A DNA stretch of 64,000 bases from NCBI GenBank assembly GCA_025352785.1, contig JANXSD010000087.1, positions 2,883-66,882 of the forward strand, given 5' to 3'. The translations under genes and the position numbers were made by a program. The notes beneath the pieces were generated by a model. The model was not told the DNA's origin. It saw only the letters and a list, made by a program, of their open reading frames with translations, and did not search any database. Source of the DNA: Bacteroidota bacterium. Lineage in GTDB: Bacteria; Bacteroidota; Bacteroidia; AKYH767-A; OLB10. Positions 19,361-30,963 of this stretch are shown here, piece after piece (positions within the stretch are counted from its first letter, which is position 1; every line of letters begins with the position of its first letter).

Positions 19361-21007
19361 TTAATCAACGCGATCATGAAGAAATGAATTATTCTGACGA
19401 AGTTCCGGCTTCTCATCTAACGAAAGTGTATAACGAGAAATCGATGAATCACCAGAGTTCGGAACATTTTCCAGCTTTACATTTTTACGTTTGTATGCCG
19501 GCTCTCTCTCTAAATCAGCCAATCCATTTGGTGAACTCATTTTATAACTTACTTCTTTCAATCGCATGATACGCTCGCGTGAACGACGATACATCTCATC
19601 TTCCGGAGAAGAAATATTTTCTTCTTCTCGTGATGCTTCATTGTTTAATGAATGACGAATCATGGGTTCTTCCACAGCAGATGGAAAATCCAATACTGGT
19701 GCTTGATGATAATTTACTTCTTCAATTTCTTGATCAGGAATTGAATCATAAAAATTCATATCAGTTAATGAATGAACGATCCTCTCTTCGTTCTCTTCTA
19801 CTTCTTCAATAACTGTAGAAATAGAAATACTTTCACGAATGATCAGTACTGGTTCAAGTGGATCAATAACATCAAAAGAAATTGGCGCTGGTTCATTATT
19901 CACAACAGTTTGTGATTTTATTTCTTCAACAACAACATTCGATTTCTTTTCGTCTTCTAATTTGAAAACGATTTTATCAGGCTTTTGTAATTCAGTAACC
20001 TTTTGCTGATTGGTTTTAAATCCTGTTGCGATAACAGTAACTGCAACTTTATCACCTAACGTATCATCATGTCCAATACCCATAATGATGTCGGCTGATT
20101 GACCCGCTTGTGCTTGAATAAAATCATTGATCTCACCTACTTCATCCATAGTAACTTCAGAAGCACCACTAGAAATATTTAATAGAATATAACGTGCGCC
20201 TTCAATATAACGATCATTCAATAAAGGTGAATCCAATGCCTGCTCAGCAGCTCTCACTGCACGATTATCTCCTTCAGCTGTTGCAGATCCCATGATAGCA
20301 ACACCACTTTCTTTCATTACCGTTTGAATATCTGCAAAGTCAACATTCATGTGCATGGTGTTGGTGATGATTTCCGCAATACTTTTCGCAGCAACTGTTA
20401 ATACATCATCAGCATGTCCGAATGCTTTTGTTAAATTTAGATTACCATAAATGTCACGCAGTTTATCATTACAGATAATCAAAAGTGCATCAACATTTTT
20501 CTTCATTTCTTCTAAGCCAAGTTCCGCTTGTTGTTTACGTTTACGTCCTTCAAATGCAAAAGGAATTGTAACGATACCAACAGTAAGCACACCCATTTCA
20601 CGAGCCACGCCTGCAATGATTGGCGCTGCACCAGTACCAGTTCCACCACCCATCCCAGCAGTGATAAAAACCATCTTGGTATCAGGGTTCATGATACGAC
20701 GAAGTTCATCAATATTTTCTATAGCTGCTTGCTTTCCTACTTCAGGAATAGATCCTGCACCACGACCTTGTGTTAATCCTGGACCTAATTGAATTTTTAT
20801 TGGAACCGGACTAATATCAAGTGCCTGTTGATCAGTATTACAAACAACAAATTCTACACCTTTGATACCTTGGCGATACATGTGGTTTACTGCGTTACTA
20901 CCACCGCCTCCAACACCAATAACTTTAATGATAGATGTTGCATCAGTCGGAATATCGAACTGAATGAGCGAGGAAGCTTTTTGATTGGGAAATTCTTGCT
21001 GCGTCAT
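19361..21007 (-). CDS. ftsZ: cell division GTPase FtsZ with a long (about 200 aa) disordered C-terminal linker
   Basis: Tubulin signature GGGTGTGAAP, N-terminal VIGVGGGGSNAVNHM, T7 loop. 548 aa compared with about 380-430 aa in typical FtsZ. Confidence 0.95.
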   Translation of the reverse strand: MTQQEFPNQKASSLIQFDIPTDATSIIKVIGVGGGGSNAVNHMYRQGIKGVEFVVCNTDQQALDISPVPIKIQLGPGLTQGRGAGSIPEVGKQAAIENIDELRRIMNPDTKMVFITAGMGGGTGTGAAPIIAGVAREMGVLTVGIVTIPFAFEGRKRKQQAELGLEEMKKNVDALLIICNDKLRDIYGNLNLTKAFGHADDVLTVAAKSIAEIITNTMHMNVDFADIQTVMKESGVAIMGSATAEGDNRAVRAAEQALDSPLLNDRYIEGARYILLNISSGASEVTMDEVGEINDFIQAQAGQSADIIMGIGHDDTLGDKVAVTVIATGFKTNQQKVTELQKPDKIVFKLEDEKKSNVVVEEIKSQTVVNNEPAPISFDVIDPLEPVLIIRESISISTVIEEVEENEERIVHSLTDMNFYDSIPDQEIEEVNYHQAPVLDFPSAVEEPMIRHSLNNEASREEENISSPEDEMYRRSRERIMRLKEVSYKMSSPNGLADLEREPAYKRKNVKLENVPNSGDSSISRYTLSLDEKPELRQNNSFLHDRVD

Positions 21008-21055
21008 GGTTTTATGTTTTAATTTTTTTATGCTGATTTAATAAATGAATATATT

Positions 21056-22354
21056 TTAAAGTCGTTGATCTTCGCCTTCATCACCGAAAATTTCTTTGCC
21101 ACCTTTGAAGAAGATATCGAACCATCGTCCTTTAGGTGCTGTTTCTGGCGCAGGAATTTCTGCATTAATATCTGGAATAGTATTCGGACGACGACGTTTT
21201 TTCTCTACGTCTAACAATCCTTTTATCACTAATCCTACTCCTGTTGCATACATTGGACTTTTTACTTCGTCCATTCCTTTTCCTAAATGTTCATTTGGAT
21301 ATCCTATACGCGTATCCATTCCTGTAATGTATTCCACTAATTGAGTGATATGTTTTAGTTGTGCACCACCACCAGTGATGACAATTCCTGCAATCAATTT
21401 TTTCTCAAATCCGGAACTCTTAATTTCGTAATATACATTTTCAATAATCTCTTCCATTCGCGCTTGAATGATGGAGGCAAGATTTTTTACTGATATTTCT
21501 TTGGGCTCTCTTCCACGTAATCCTGGAATAGAAACAATTTCATTATCCTTCATCTGCTTCGACAATGCAGAACCGAATTTCACTTTTAATAACTCTGCTT
21601 GATTGCGAATGATAGAACATCCTTCTTTAATATCTTCAGTAATTACATTTCCACCAAAAGGAATCACAGCAGTATGTCGAATAATTCCATCTTGAAAAAT
21701 TGCAAGGTCAGTTGTACCACCTCCAATGTCGACTAAAACAACGCCCGCTTCCTTTTCTTCTTCTGTAAGAACAGCTTCCGCAGATGCAAGAGGCTCAAGA
21801 ATTAAATCAACTGTTTTTAATCCCGCTTTGATAACACATTTGTGAATATTATTTGCTGCAGTTATTAATCCTGTGATGATGTGACAATTTGCTTCGAGAC
21901 GAATTCCCGACATTCCGATTGGATCTTTAATGCCTTGTTCATTGTCAACGATAAATTCTTGCGGAATTACATGAATAATTTCTTCGCCGGGAGGCATCGC
22001 AAGTTTGTACATGTCATCGATGATAGAATTAATATCCTTTTGACTAATTTCATCTTTGATATCATGTCGTGTAATCATGCCACGATGCTGCATACTTTTT
22101 ATATGCTGACCAGCAATTCCAACATGAACATCAGATATTTCAACACCAGATTTTGCTTCTGCTTCCGCAACAGCTTCTCTGATGGAGGTAACTGTTTTTT
22201 CAATGTTGGCAACCATTCCGCGCATCACGCCTAATGATTCCGAACGTCCCATGCCGAGAATTTCCACTTTGCCAAATTCATTTCTACGACCAACGATCGC
22301 TGCAATTTTTGTAGTCCCGATGTCGAGGCCAACTATGATCCCTGTATGCTCCAT
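21056..22354 (-). CDS. ftsA: cell division protein FtsA
   Basis: Actin-fold ATPase motifs (GLDIGTTKIAAIVG, DIGGGTTDLAIF), 432 aa, positioned between ftsQ and ftsZ. Confidence 0.95.
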   Translation of the reverse strand: MEHTGIIVGLDIGTTKIAAIVGRRNEFGKVEILGMGRSESLGVMRGMVANIEKTVTSIREAVAEAEAKSGVEISDVHVGIAGQHIKSMQHRGMITRHDIKDEISQKDINSIIDDMYKLAMPPGEEIIHVIPQEFIVDNEQGIKDPIGMSGIRLEANCHIITGLITAANNIHKCVIKAGLKTVDLILEPLASAEAVLTEEEKEAGVVLVDIGGGTTDLAIFQDGIIRHTAVIPFGGNVITEDIKEGCSIIRNQAELLKVKFGSALSKQMKDNEIVSIPGLRGREPKEISVKNLASIIQARMEEIIENVYYEIKSSGFEKKLIAGIVITGGGAQLKHITQLVEYITGMDTRIGYPNEHLGKGMDEVKSPMYATGVGLVIKGLLDVEKKRRRPNTIPDINAEIPAPETAPKGRWFDIFFKGGKEIFGDEGEDQRL

Positions 22355-23176
22355 TTACATTTTGATTTTGGTACAAACTACCTGATCGCGGAATTTGAGA
22401 TTGATAACACTGTAATTATTCCATCCTGTTTTACTAAGTCCTTCTTGATAAAATACCATTAATCGTTTGAATTTATCTGCAAGATTTGTTGTATCACCAA
22501 TTACAATTCGATGATTTCCTATTCGAGGAATCAACTCCAACTCTTGCGAACCATTCACATAAATCTGTTCCGTATTTGCAGTCCAAAAAGAATCTGCCTC
22601 AATATATTTTGCTAACGTATAAACTTGATTTATCATGTGTGGAACAGCTAATGAATCCGTAGAGGTATCAGCAACTACTACTTGATCTTGAATTTTCATT
22701 TCCGTATATGTATTGAAAATAAAACCATTTGCAACTATCACTGGAGGAGTATAATGAGACGATACAGGCATGAATTTCCCTTGCTTATCAATGTAAAATT
22801 GTTCGTCGTGCATATTTATAATCCGAACAATTGGATCACGCTGCAACACATCAGCATGAAGAGTTCCATCAATGGATGAATATACTTCAGCACGATTAAC
22901 GAAAGGGTTCGTCAAAATAATTTTTTCTAACAATGCAGTGTTGATTGAACCAAGCGCTTTTCCTATCACTTTTCCCTTCGTATTTATCAAATCTTGAATA
23001 TCATGCTGATCAATAAATTCATGATTTACTGTTTCATCAATATGAACATCTACTTCCTTACACAACAATTGTTGTTGACGTTTATTGGCGAATCCTAGCA
23101 GTGTAAATACCGTTGCCGAAGTAATAATCCAAGCACCAATAACAAGGATCTGGCGTATTTTAGGTTTCAGATTCAT
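22355..23176 (-). CDS. ftsQ: cell division protein FtsQ (single transmembrane helix plus POTRA)
   Basis: N-terminal transmembrane helix (ILVIGAWIITSATVFTLLGF), 273 aa, position between murC and ftsA. Weak sequence conservation, as is usual for FtsQ. Confidence 0.8.
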   Translation of the reverse strand: MNLKPKIRQILVIGAWIITSATVFTLLGFANKRQQQLLCKEVDVHIDETVNHEFIDQHDIQDLINTKGKVIGKALGSINTALLEKIILTNPFVNRAEVYSSIDGTLHADVLQRDPIVRIINMHDEQFYIDKQGKFMPVSSHYTPPVIVANGFIFNTYTEMKIQDQVVVADTSTDSLAVPHMINQVYTLAKYIEADSFWTANTEQIYVNGSQELELIPRIGNHRIVIGDTTNLADKFKRLMVFYQEGLSKTGWNNYSVINLKFRDQVVCTKIKM

Positions 23177-23178
23177 GA

Positions 23179-24573
23179 TTATACAGATAAAACTTGAGTG
23201 ATAGGTTGAACTAACTGATCGATATCTCCTGCTCCTAATGTGATCAACACTTCAGGTTTGTTTTTCTTCAACACTGTTAATAATTCTTCTTTTGCGATGA
23301 TTTGCTTTTCGCTGATCGTTACTTTTTCAAGAATGATTGCTGAAGTTATTCCTTCAATTGGTAATTCACGCGCTGGATATATGTCGAGCAAATAAAGTTG
23401 GTCTAACAAACTTAAACTTTCTGCAAAGCCATCCACAAAGTCACGTGTACGTGAGAACAAATGCGGCTGAAATATTCCTGTTATCTTTTTTGTAGGATAC
23501 AATTCACGAACAGATTGTATGGCCGCTCTAAGCTCTTGTGGGTGATGAGCATAATCATCTAAATAAACAACATCTGCATTGCGAATATGAAATTCAAAAC
23601 GACGACGTACACCCGAATATGTTGACAGCGCATTTTGTAATGAAGAAAGATCAACTCCACATTCGATGGCCATTGCAGATGCGGCAACTGCATTCTCCAC
23701 ATTATGACGACCAGGCAAACCAAGCGTTAACTCTTCCAAAATAAATCCAGGTGTTACCAAATCAAAATGATATTGACCATCCTTCACTTGAATATTTTTT
23801 CCACGATAATCAGCACCATCTTCGCTAATTGAATACGTCATCATCGTTGCATGAACTGGATCAAGTGGTAATCCTTTTTTGTAGAGAAGAATCCCTCCTA
23901 ACTTCACTTGATTTGCAAATTCTTGATAGGTAGACTTCATCTGTTGATGATCGCCATAAATATCTAAGTGATCGGCATCCATCGAAGTAATCACAGCTAA
24001 ATCAGGAAACAATGCAAGAAAAGAACGATCAAATTCATCCGCCTCCACTACAACTTTATGTTCAGGAGCTGAAGGATCACCTAATAATAAATTTGATCCA
24101 ATATTAACCGAAATGCCTCCTAGAAAAGCAGTGCAATTCATTTTCGCAGTTTGCAAAATATGAGCAAGGATTGATGATGTAGTAGTCTTTCCATGTGTAC
24201 CCGCAACAGCAAGTGTGTAATGATCTGCTGTTAACATACCCAACACTTTCGAGCGCTTAACAATCTGATAATTATGATTGCGAAAAAATTCCAATTCAGA
24301 ATGATGCGCAGGAACCGCGGGTGTTAAAATTATTAAAGTTTGATTTTTATTTTCCAGATTACGAACATCAGAAGGAATTAAATTAATATCATCATCAAAA
24401 TGAATTTGAATTCCTTCCTGCTGTAATTCATTTGTTAAAGGCGTACTTGTTTTATCATAACCCGAAACAGTTTTTCCATCTGCCAAAAAATAACGTGCAA
24501 TCGCGCTCATGCCTATTCCACCCACCCCGAGTAGATAAACAAAACGTATAGGTTGCATTCCGTTAAGTGACAT
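23179..24573 (-). CDS. murC: UDP-N-acetylmuramate--L-alanine ligase
   Basis: N-terminal Rossmann motif GVGGIGMSAIARYF, Mur ligase P-loop AVAGTHGKTTTSS, 464 aa. Confidence 0.95.
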   Translation of the reverse strand: MSLNGMQPIRFVYLLGVGGIGMSAIARYFLADGKTVSGYDKTSTPLTNELQQEGIQIHFDDDINLIPSDVRNLENKNQTLIILTPAVPAHHSELEFFRNHNYQIVKRSKVLGMLTADHYTLAVAGTHGKTTTSSILAHILQTAKMNCTAFLGGISVNIGSNLLLGDPSAPEHKVVVEADEFDRSFLALFPDLAVITSMDADHLDIYGDHQQMKSTYQEFANQVKLGGILLYKKGLPLDPVHATMMTYSISEDGADYRGKNIQVKDGQYHFDLVTPGFILEELTLGLPGRHNVENAVAASAMAIECGVDLSSLQNALSTYSGVRRRFEFHIRNADVVYLDDYAHHPQELRAAIQSVRELYPTKKITGIFQPHLFSRTRDFVDGFAESLSLLDQLYLLDIYPARELPIEGITSAIILEKVTISEKQIIAKEELLTVLKKNKPEVLITLGAGDIDQLVQPITQVLSV

Positions 24574-25728
24574 TTATTTTCTTTTTATTAATGATAAAAC
24601 TTGTTGTGCAATTTCATTTGCTGCATGTGGTCGTGCAAGGGGTGCAATATTAGCAGCTAGTTGTTTACGCAAGTCGGAATTGTTGATAAGAAGTAGCGCT
24701 TCGTTAATTAGTTTTTGTTGTGTGTCTTTATCAGCAACTAATATTGCTGCATCACGATCAACAAGCGACATACAATTTTTTGTTTGATGATCTTCAGCGG
24801 CAGTTGGTAAAGGAACAAGGATGGAAGGTTTTTTTACAATACACAATTCAGAAACAGTACTTGCTCCAGCTCTTGCTACAACAATGTCAGCCATTGCATA
24901 CGCTAAATCCATTCTGCTTATAAAATCAAAGGCGCGTATCGAAGTGATATTCAATTTTTCAATTTCCATCTTCGCTTCTGGCAAAAAACTTTTTCCTGTT
25001 TGCCAGATTAACTGAACTCCTGACTCTGCAATTTTTGATAAGCCAGCAAGAATAGCATGATTGATACTTCTTGCACCTTGGCTACCTCCTACTACTAAAA
25101 TCGTTTCACGATGCGAATCTAATTGAAAAAACATAGCTGCATCATTTTTATTTCCATCAATCATTCGGATATCTTCACGCACCGGATTTCCTGTAAAAAT
25201 AATTTTGTCTTTAGGGAAAAATCTTTCCATCCCTTCATAAGCAACGCAAATCTTTTTTGCTTTACGTGAAAGAATTTTATTGGTAATACCAGGAAAAGAA
25301 TTTTGCTCTTGAATTAATGATGGAATTTGCTGTCGGTTTGCTGAAAACAATAATGGTCCGCTAGCATAACCACCAACACCAACAGCAACATCAGGCCGAA
25401 ATTTTTTAATGATAGATCCTGCTTTACTTAAGCTAAGCATCAACTTCATCGGAAATGAAAGATTTGATAATGATAATTCCCGCTTAATTCCAGCTATAGG
25501 TAATCCTTCAATCGCAAAACCTGCGGCTGGAACCTTTTCCATTTCCATTTTTCCTTCAGCACCCACAAATAATAATTCGATAGTAGGATCAATCGCTTTT
25601 AATGCATTCGCAATAGCAATAGCAGGAAAGATGTGACCACCTGTTCCTCCTCCACTAATTATTACCCGTATGTTTTTAGGCGATGGCAACGGTATTCTCC
25701 TCCTCTGTTTCAGGTTTCTCAATTTCAC
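24574..25728 (-). CDS. murG: undecaprenyldiphospho-muramoylpentapeptide beta-N-acetylglucosaminyltransferase
   Basis: GT28 motifs (ISGGGTGGHIFPAIAIA; C-terminal GGSQGA). Its 5' end overlaps the ftsW 3' end by 53 nt. Confidence 0.95.
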   Translation of the reverse strand: MKLRNLKQRRRIPLPSPKNIRVIISGGGTGGHIFPAIAIANALKAIDPTIELLFVGAEGKMEMEKVPAAGFAIEGLPIAGIKRELSLSNLSFPMKLMLSLSKAGSIIKKFRPDVAVGVGGYASGPLLFSANRQQIPSLIQEQNSFPGITNKILSRKAKKICVAYEGMERFFPKDKIIFTGNPVREDIRMIDGNKNDAAMFFQLDSHRETILVVGGSQGARSINHAILAGLSKIAESGVQLIWQTGKSFLPEAKMEIEKLNITSIRAFDFISRMDLAYAMADIVVARAGASTVSELCIVKKPSILVPLPTAAEDHQTKNCMSLVDRDAAILVADKDTQQKLINEALLLINNSDLRKQLAANIAPLARPHAANEIAQQVLSLIKRK

Positions 25729-26833
25729 TACTCACACTTAAAATAATTCCTAATGCCAAACTGGTGAACCAAATCGAAGTGCCGCCCATACTTAACATCG
25801 GCAAAGGTTGACCAGTAACAGGAAATAGATTTACTGCCACAGCCATATTTATCAATGCTTGAAATACTAAACTGAATGCACAACCTATTGTTATCAGCGC
25901 TGCAAATGCGCGCTCGGTTCGTTTCACAATTTGCATGGCTCGGTAAAAGAGAAGTAGGTATAAAAACAGTACGATGGTCCCTCCTAACATTCCATACTCT
26001 TCAATAATAATTGCAAAAATAAAATCTGAATACGGATGCGGAAGAAAATTTCTTTGTGAACTATTTCCAGGACCTTTCCCAAATATTCCACCTGTAGCAA
26101 CTGCAATCTTTGCTTGCTGTACTTGATAATTTCCATCAGCCTCACCATTTTTAAAATTTTCAATTCTAGATTTCCATGTTTTTATTCGTCCTTCATATCC
26201 TGTTAAATAGGCAACAAATAAAAACAAACCAAAAGCTACAACTCCAATCCCGATAAGCGACAAAATATATTTCATATTTATTCTGCCAATAAACATAATT
26301 ACTAATGATGTTGCAAATAACACTGCACATGTAGAAAAATTTGCCGGGAGAATTAATCCACACACAATAACAACAGGAAGCATGACAGGAATAAATGCTT
26401 GTTTGAAATCCTTAATGTTATCTTGCTTTTTTGACAATACACGAGAGATATAAAGTATCAATGCAACCTTCGCAAAATCGGAAGTTTGAAAAGATAAATT
26501 TACAATTGGTAAAGTAAGCCAACGACTTGCATCATTAATATTACTCCCCATTAAGAGTGTAAGTAGCAATAAAGGAACAGCAAGTAATATCGCTATCTTC
26601 GATATTCGCGCATAAAAATTATATTTCACTAAATGCCCGAAATACATTAATCCGAAACCAAATAATAAAATAATGAAATGCTTAAATAAATAATATTCGG
26701 TATTACCCGATTGGTATTTATACGCAAGCGTTCCTGTGGAACTATAAACGGCAAGCGTACTAAGGATCGATAATAATATTACGATCAGCCAAATTGTACG
26801 ATCACCTTTAAAATAACTTTCCAGCCAAGTCAT
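25676..26833 (-). CDS. ftsW: lipid II flippase / peptidoglycan glycosyltransferase FtsW (SEDS family)
   Basis: 385 aa polytopic membrane protein with conserved SEDS motifs (PSEF-like region, ...GGTS...), positioned in the dcw cluster. Confidence 0.9.
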   Translation of the reverse strand: MTWLESYFKGDRTIWLIVILLSILSTLAVYSSTGTLAYKYQSGNTEYYLFKHFIILLFGFGLMYFGHLVKYNFYARISKIAILLAVPLLLLTLLMGSNINDASRWLTLPIVNLSFQTSDFAKVALILYISRVLSKKQDNIKDFKQAFIPVMLPVVIVCGLILPANFSTCAVLFATSLVIMFIGRINMKYILSLIGIGVVAFGLFLFVAYLTGYEGRIKTWKSRIENFKNGEADGNYQVQQAKIAVATGGIFGKGPGNSSQRNFLPHPYSDFIFAIIIEEYGMLGGTIVLFLYLLLFYRAMQIVKRTERAFAALITIGCAFSLVFQALINMAVAVNLFPVTGQPLPMLSMGGTSIWFTSLALGIILSVSSEIEKPETEEENTVAIA

Positions 26834-26878
26834 TTGATTTGTTTTGAAATTGAATTTAAAATTTTTCTATAATAAAAA

Positions 26879-28222
26879 CTACAACGCACGAACGGCAGCT
26901 TTAAATTTTCTTCCACGATCTTCGTAGTTTTCAAATAAATCAAAGCTTGCACATGCAGGTGACAACAATACATTATCTCCCTTTTTACCTAAGCGATATG
27001 CTGCCTGAACTGCTTCATCAGCAGATGAGGTTTCAATAATTATTGGGACAATATCTTTAAATGCCTCAATAATTTTTTTATTATCGACACCCATACAAAT
27101 AATAGCTTTTACACGTGATTGTACCAATTCAGAAAGAATAGTGTAATCATTTCCTTTATCTACGCCACCAGCAATCCAAATAATGGGAGTGTTGATGCTT
27201 TCTAATGCATACCATGTGGAATTTACATTCGTTGCTTTTGAATCGTTAATGAATTCAATACCATGAACGGTATTCACGAACTCAAGTCGGTGCTCGATGT
27301 TTTCGAAGTCGGAAAAACTTTCCCGTACTACATCTTTGCGTATTTCAAGAATGCGCGCCGCAATTCCTGCAGCCATTGAATTATTCAGGTTGTGTTTCCC
27401 TGTTAAGGCCAGATCGTGAATCGACATAGTTAGAAGTTGGTTATGGGTTTGGATGGTTAGTTCTTCGTTTTCAACAAATGCGGTCATCCCTTCTTTTTGT
27501 TTTATAGAAAAAGGATAACGTTGCATTTTTAAATCTTTTTTATTGATTTCTTCCATACTTAGTGAGTCATCTGCACTATATATAAATACATCATCAGCAG
27601 TTTGATTTTGTAAAATCCTAAATTTGGAATTAATATAATTCTGTAATTGATATTCATAACGATCAAGATGATCGGGAGTAATATTGGTGAGAATGGCTAT
27701 ATCTGCTTTAAAATCATAGCATCCATCTAATTGAAAACTGCTTAACTCCAAAACATAAAAATCAAAATTTTCTTCTGCAACTTGCCATGCAAAACTTTTT
27801 CCAATGTTACCTGCTAAACCAACATTGAAACCTGCTTTCTGTAGGATATGATAAGTTAAAAGTGTTGTTGTTGTTTTGCCATTCGTTCCAGTGATACATA
27901 TTTTTTTTGCTTTTGTATACCGACCAGCAAATTCAATTTCAGAAATCACTGAAATATTTTTATTGCGCAACTCTATTATAATTGCTGCTTTTTCAGGAAT
28001 ACCAGGGCTCTTAATAACCTCTGCTGCACCAAGAATTTTTTCTATAGAATGAACACCTTCTTCAAAATCAATTGCGCGATCAATAAGTTCATTTTTATAC
28101 TTATCTGCAATCTTTCCTGCATCAGAAACGAATACTTCCATTCCTAGCTTCTTAGCTAGAATAGCAGAACCAACACCACTTTCAGCAGCGCCAAGAATTA
28201 CTATTTTTTTGTTAGTATTCAT
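26879..28222 (-). CDS. murD: UDP-N-acetylmuramoylalanine--D-glutamate ligase
   Basis: N-terminal IVILGAAESGVG Rossmann motif, P-loop [11 protein letters not shown], 447 aa. Confidence 0.95.
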   Translation of the reverse strand: MNTNKKIVILGAAESGVGSAILAKKLGMEVFVSDAGKIADKYKNELIDRAIDFEEGVHSIEKILGAAEVIKSPGIPEKAAIIIELRNKNISVISEIEFAGRYTKAKKICITGTNGKTTTTLLTYHILQKAGFNVGLAGNIGKSFAWQVAEENFDFYVLELSSFQLDGCYDFKADIAILTNITPDHLDRYEYQLQNYINSKFRILQNQTADDVFIYSADDSLSMEEINKKDLKMQRYPFSIKQKEGMTAFVENEELTIQTHNQLLTMSIHDLALTGKHNLNNSMAAGIAARILEIRKDVVRESFSDFENIEHRLEFVNTVHGIEFINDSKATNVNSTWYALESINTPIIWIAGGVDKGNDYTILSELVQSRVKAIICMGVDNKKIIEAFKDIVPIIIETSSADEAVQAAYRLGKKGDNVLLSPACASFDLFENYEDRGRKFKAAVRAL

Positions 28223-28244
28223 TTTAATATGCGTAATAATTAAA

Positions 28245-29501
28245 CTATCGTAATTTTAATGTAACAACACTTAGAATCGCAAGCATAATTCCGATGATCC
28301 AAAATCGGGTAACAATTTTGGATTCGTGATATCCTAACTTTTGATAATGATGATGCAAGGGTGACATCTTGAATATTCTTTTTCCTTCACCATATTTTTT
28401 CTTCGTGTATTTGAAATAACTTACCTGCATCATTACTGATACATTTTCTATTAAGAATATTCCGCAGATAATTGGTATGAGTAATTCCTTTCGAACAGCA
28501 ACTGCATACGCTGCAATAATTCCCCCAAGTGCTAAGCTTCCTGTATCACCCATGAATACTTGGGCAGGATAAGAGTTGTACCATAAGAATCCTACACAAG
28601 CACCTACAAATGCACTCATGAAAACCATTAATTCACCAACATTTGGTAAATAAAGAATATGTAAATAATCCGCAAAAACAGAGTTACCTGATACATAAGC
28701 AAAAACAGCAAGTGTTGCTCCTACTATTGCAGAAGTTCCTGTTGCTAATCCATCAATACCATCTGTAATATTTGCTCCATTAGAAACGGCTGTAATAATT
28801 AATGTAATGATTCCAATAAATACAATGGGTAATAACCATATTGAATTTTTTCCAGCCCATGATGTAAGGGATGCGTAATCAAATTCATTATCTTTTAAAA
28901 AGGGAATCGTTGTCTTTGTTGATTTTTCACTTTCACGATTAAACAAAATTCCCTCTGATTCTTTCATGTCATCAATCAACGTATTTTGTTGATTCATGAC
29001 AATATGTGGTTTTGCAATTTTTTCACGAACAACAACATTAGGATTGAAATAAAGTATAGAACCAACAATAATTCCTAGTACTACTTGCCCTATTACTTTA
29101 AATTTAGCACGTAATCCTTCTTTATCTTTTTTGAAAACTTTAATATAATCATCTAAAAACCCAATCAAACCTAACCAGATCGTACAGATAAGCATGATCA
29201 CGATGTATACATTATCCAACTTGGTAAATAATATAGTAGGAATAAGAATTGCAGCAAGAATTATTAATCCACCCATAGTAGGCGTTCCTTGCTTTGCTTT
29301 TTGCCCATCTAATCCGAGATCACGTACTGTTTCACCCACTTGCAATCGAAGCAATAATCGAATAATATATTTTCCTAAAAACAAAGTAATTACTAAAGAA
29401 GTAATAATTGCCATCGCTGCTCTAAACGAGAGAAATCGGAACAATCCTGCTCCTGGCAGATCGTAAACCCTATCTAAATAATCAAATAAATAATATAACA
29501 T
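28245..29501 (-). CDS. mraY: phospho-N-acetylmuramoyl-pentapeptide transferase
   Basis: Polytopic membrane protein with the conserved DD..DGLA-type motifs ([12 protein letters not shown]) and the HHHYQ/HH motif ([13 protein letters not shown]). Confidence 0.95.
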   Translation of the reverse strand: MLYYLFDYLDRVYDLPGAGLFRFLSFRAAMAIITSLVITLFLGKYIIRLLLRLQVGETVRDLGLDGQKAKQGTPTMGGLIILAAILIPTILFTKLDNVYIVIMLICTIWLGLIGFLDDYIKVFKKDKEGLRAKFKVIGQVVLGIIVGSILYFNPNVVVREKIAKPHIVMNQQNTLIDDMKESEGILFNRESEKSTKTTIPFLKDNEFDYASLTSWAGKNSIWLLPIVFIGIITLIITAVSNGANITDGIDGLATGTSAIVGATLAVFAYVSGNSVFADYLHILYLPNVGELMVFMSAFVGACVGFLWYNSYPAQVFMGDTGSLALGGIIAAYAVAVRKELLIPIICGIFLIENVSVMMQVSYFKYTKKKYGEGKRIFKMSPLHHHYQKLGYHESKIVTRFWIIGIMLAILSVVTLKLR

Positions 29502-29505
29502 CTTT

Positions 29506-30963
29506 TTAAATTAATTGAAATGATTCTTCCAACACTTCTAAATCATCAAATGGATATTTAACCCCTTTTATCTCTTGATATTTTTCATGACCTTTTCCTG
29601 CTAAAAGAATAATATCGCCTGATTTGGCTAATGCACAAGCTGTTCTTATGGCCTCTTTTCTATCAGCAATCGACAATGTTTTGCGGTAATGTTGAGGCGG
29701 TACACCTTTTTGCATTTCTGCAATTATTTCAGCAGGATCTTCACTACGAGGATTATCTGAAGTGAGTACTACTTTGTCACTATTCTCGCAAGCAATAGCA
29801 GCCATTTGCGGACGTTTACCTGCATCTCTATCACCACCACATCCGATCACAGTAATCACTTGTTCATTACCTGTTCTAATATCTTTTATCGTTAATAAAA
29901 CATTTTCAAGTGCATCTGGGGTATGCGCATAGTCAACAATTCCAATTACTCCATTTGCACTAGTGATATATTGAAATCTACCTTCAGGAGCAGTTAAACT
30001 ACTTAGTGCCGTTAGTACTAATAATTTGTCTTCTTGTAACAATAATGATGTTGCATAAACAGCTAAAAGATTATAGGCATTAAAACTTCCTACCAAACGA
30101 CACAATACATCTTGATTATCGATACTCAATAATAATCCAGCAAAATTATTTTCAATGATTCGAACTTTATAATCCGAAACACTTTTCATAGAATATGTTT
30201 TAATGGTTGCTTTAGTATTCTGCACCATAATTTTATGATTTCGATCATCGGCATTTACTAATGCAAAAGAATTCTCATCAAGGATGTCAAAGAATCCCTT
30301 TTTAGCACGGATATATTCATCAAAAGTTTTATGATAATCGAGGTGATCGCGTGTGATATTTGTAAAAACTCCACCTGCAAACTGCAACCCTGTAATTCGA
30401 TGTTGAACAACCGCATGTGAACTAACTTCCATAAAGCAATAGACGCAACCTAACTCTACCATTTTTGCAAGCAATAAATTTAACTGCAATGGATCAGGTG
30501 TTGTATGAGTCGCCGTAACTTCTGTATCAATAATTAAATTACGTACTGTACTTAACAATCCTGCTTTAAATCCTAACTTACTAAATAAACTATGCAGTAA
30601 TGTAACTGTTGTTGTTTTTCCATTCGTTCCAGTAACTCCAATTAATTTCAATTTAGTAGAAGGGTTATCAAAAAAATTGGAGCTTACATGTGCTAAGGAA
30701 ATTGCAGCATCTCGAACACGTACATAGGTAATTCCTTCTTTTATTTCACTTGGTAATTCTTCGCAAATTATTGCAATAGCTCCCTTCGCTATTACATCAT
30801 TAATAAAAATATGACCATCATTTTTAATACCTCTCACAGCTATGAACAAACTACCAGCATCTACTTTGCGCGAATCAAAACAAATAGATTGAATAATAAC
30901 AGAAGTAGATCCTGAAACCTCTTCGATACCTGATTTGTAAAGTATATCCTTTAATATTTTCAT
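29506..30963 (-). CDS. murE: UDP-N-acetylmuramoyl-L-alanyl-D-glutamate--2,6-diaminopimelate ligase
   Basis: Mur ligase P-loop [12 protein letters not shown] and the DNPR motif ([10 protein letters not shown]) characteristic of meso-DAP-adding MurE. murF is absent from this cluster, as is typical for Bacteroidota. Confidence 0.9.
   Translation of the reverse strand: MKILKDILYKSGIEEVSGSTSVIIQSICFDSRKVDAGSLFIAVRGIKNDGHIFINDVIAKGAIAIICEELPSEIKEGITYVRVRDAAISLAHVSSNFFDNPSTKLKLIGVTGTNGKTTTVTLLHSLFSKLGFKAGLLSTVRNLIIDTEVTATHTTPDPLQLNLLLAKMVELGCVYCFMEVSSHAVVQHRITGLQFAGGVFTNITRDHLDYHKTFDEYIRAKKGFFDILDENSFALVNADDRNHKIMVQNTKATIKTYSMKSVSDYKVRIIENNFAGLLLSIDNQDVLCRLVGSFNAYNLLAVYATSLLLQEDKLLVLTALSSLTAPEGRFQYITSANGVIGIVDYAHTPDALENVLLTIKDIRTGNEQVITVIGCGGDRDAGKRPQMAAIACENSDKVVLTSDNPRSEDPAEIIAEMQKGVPPQHYRKTLSIADRKEAIRTACALAKSGDIILLAGKGHEKYQEIKGVKYPFDDLEVLEESFQLI

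Noticed and set aside
20451-21022. Three plus-strand ORFs (77-113 aa) within ftsZ
   Set aside because: They are antisense to the highly conserved ftsZ, and their Ser/Pro-rich translations mirror the FtsZ Gly/Ala-rich motifs.
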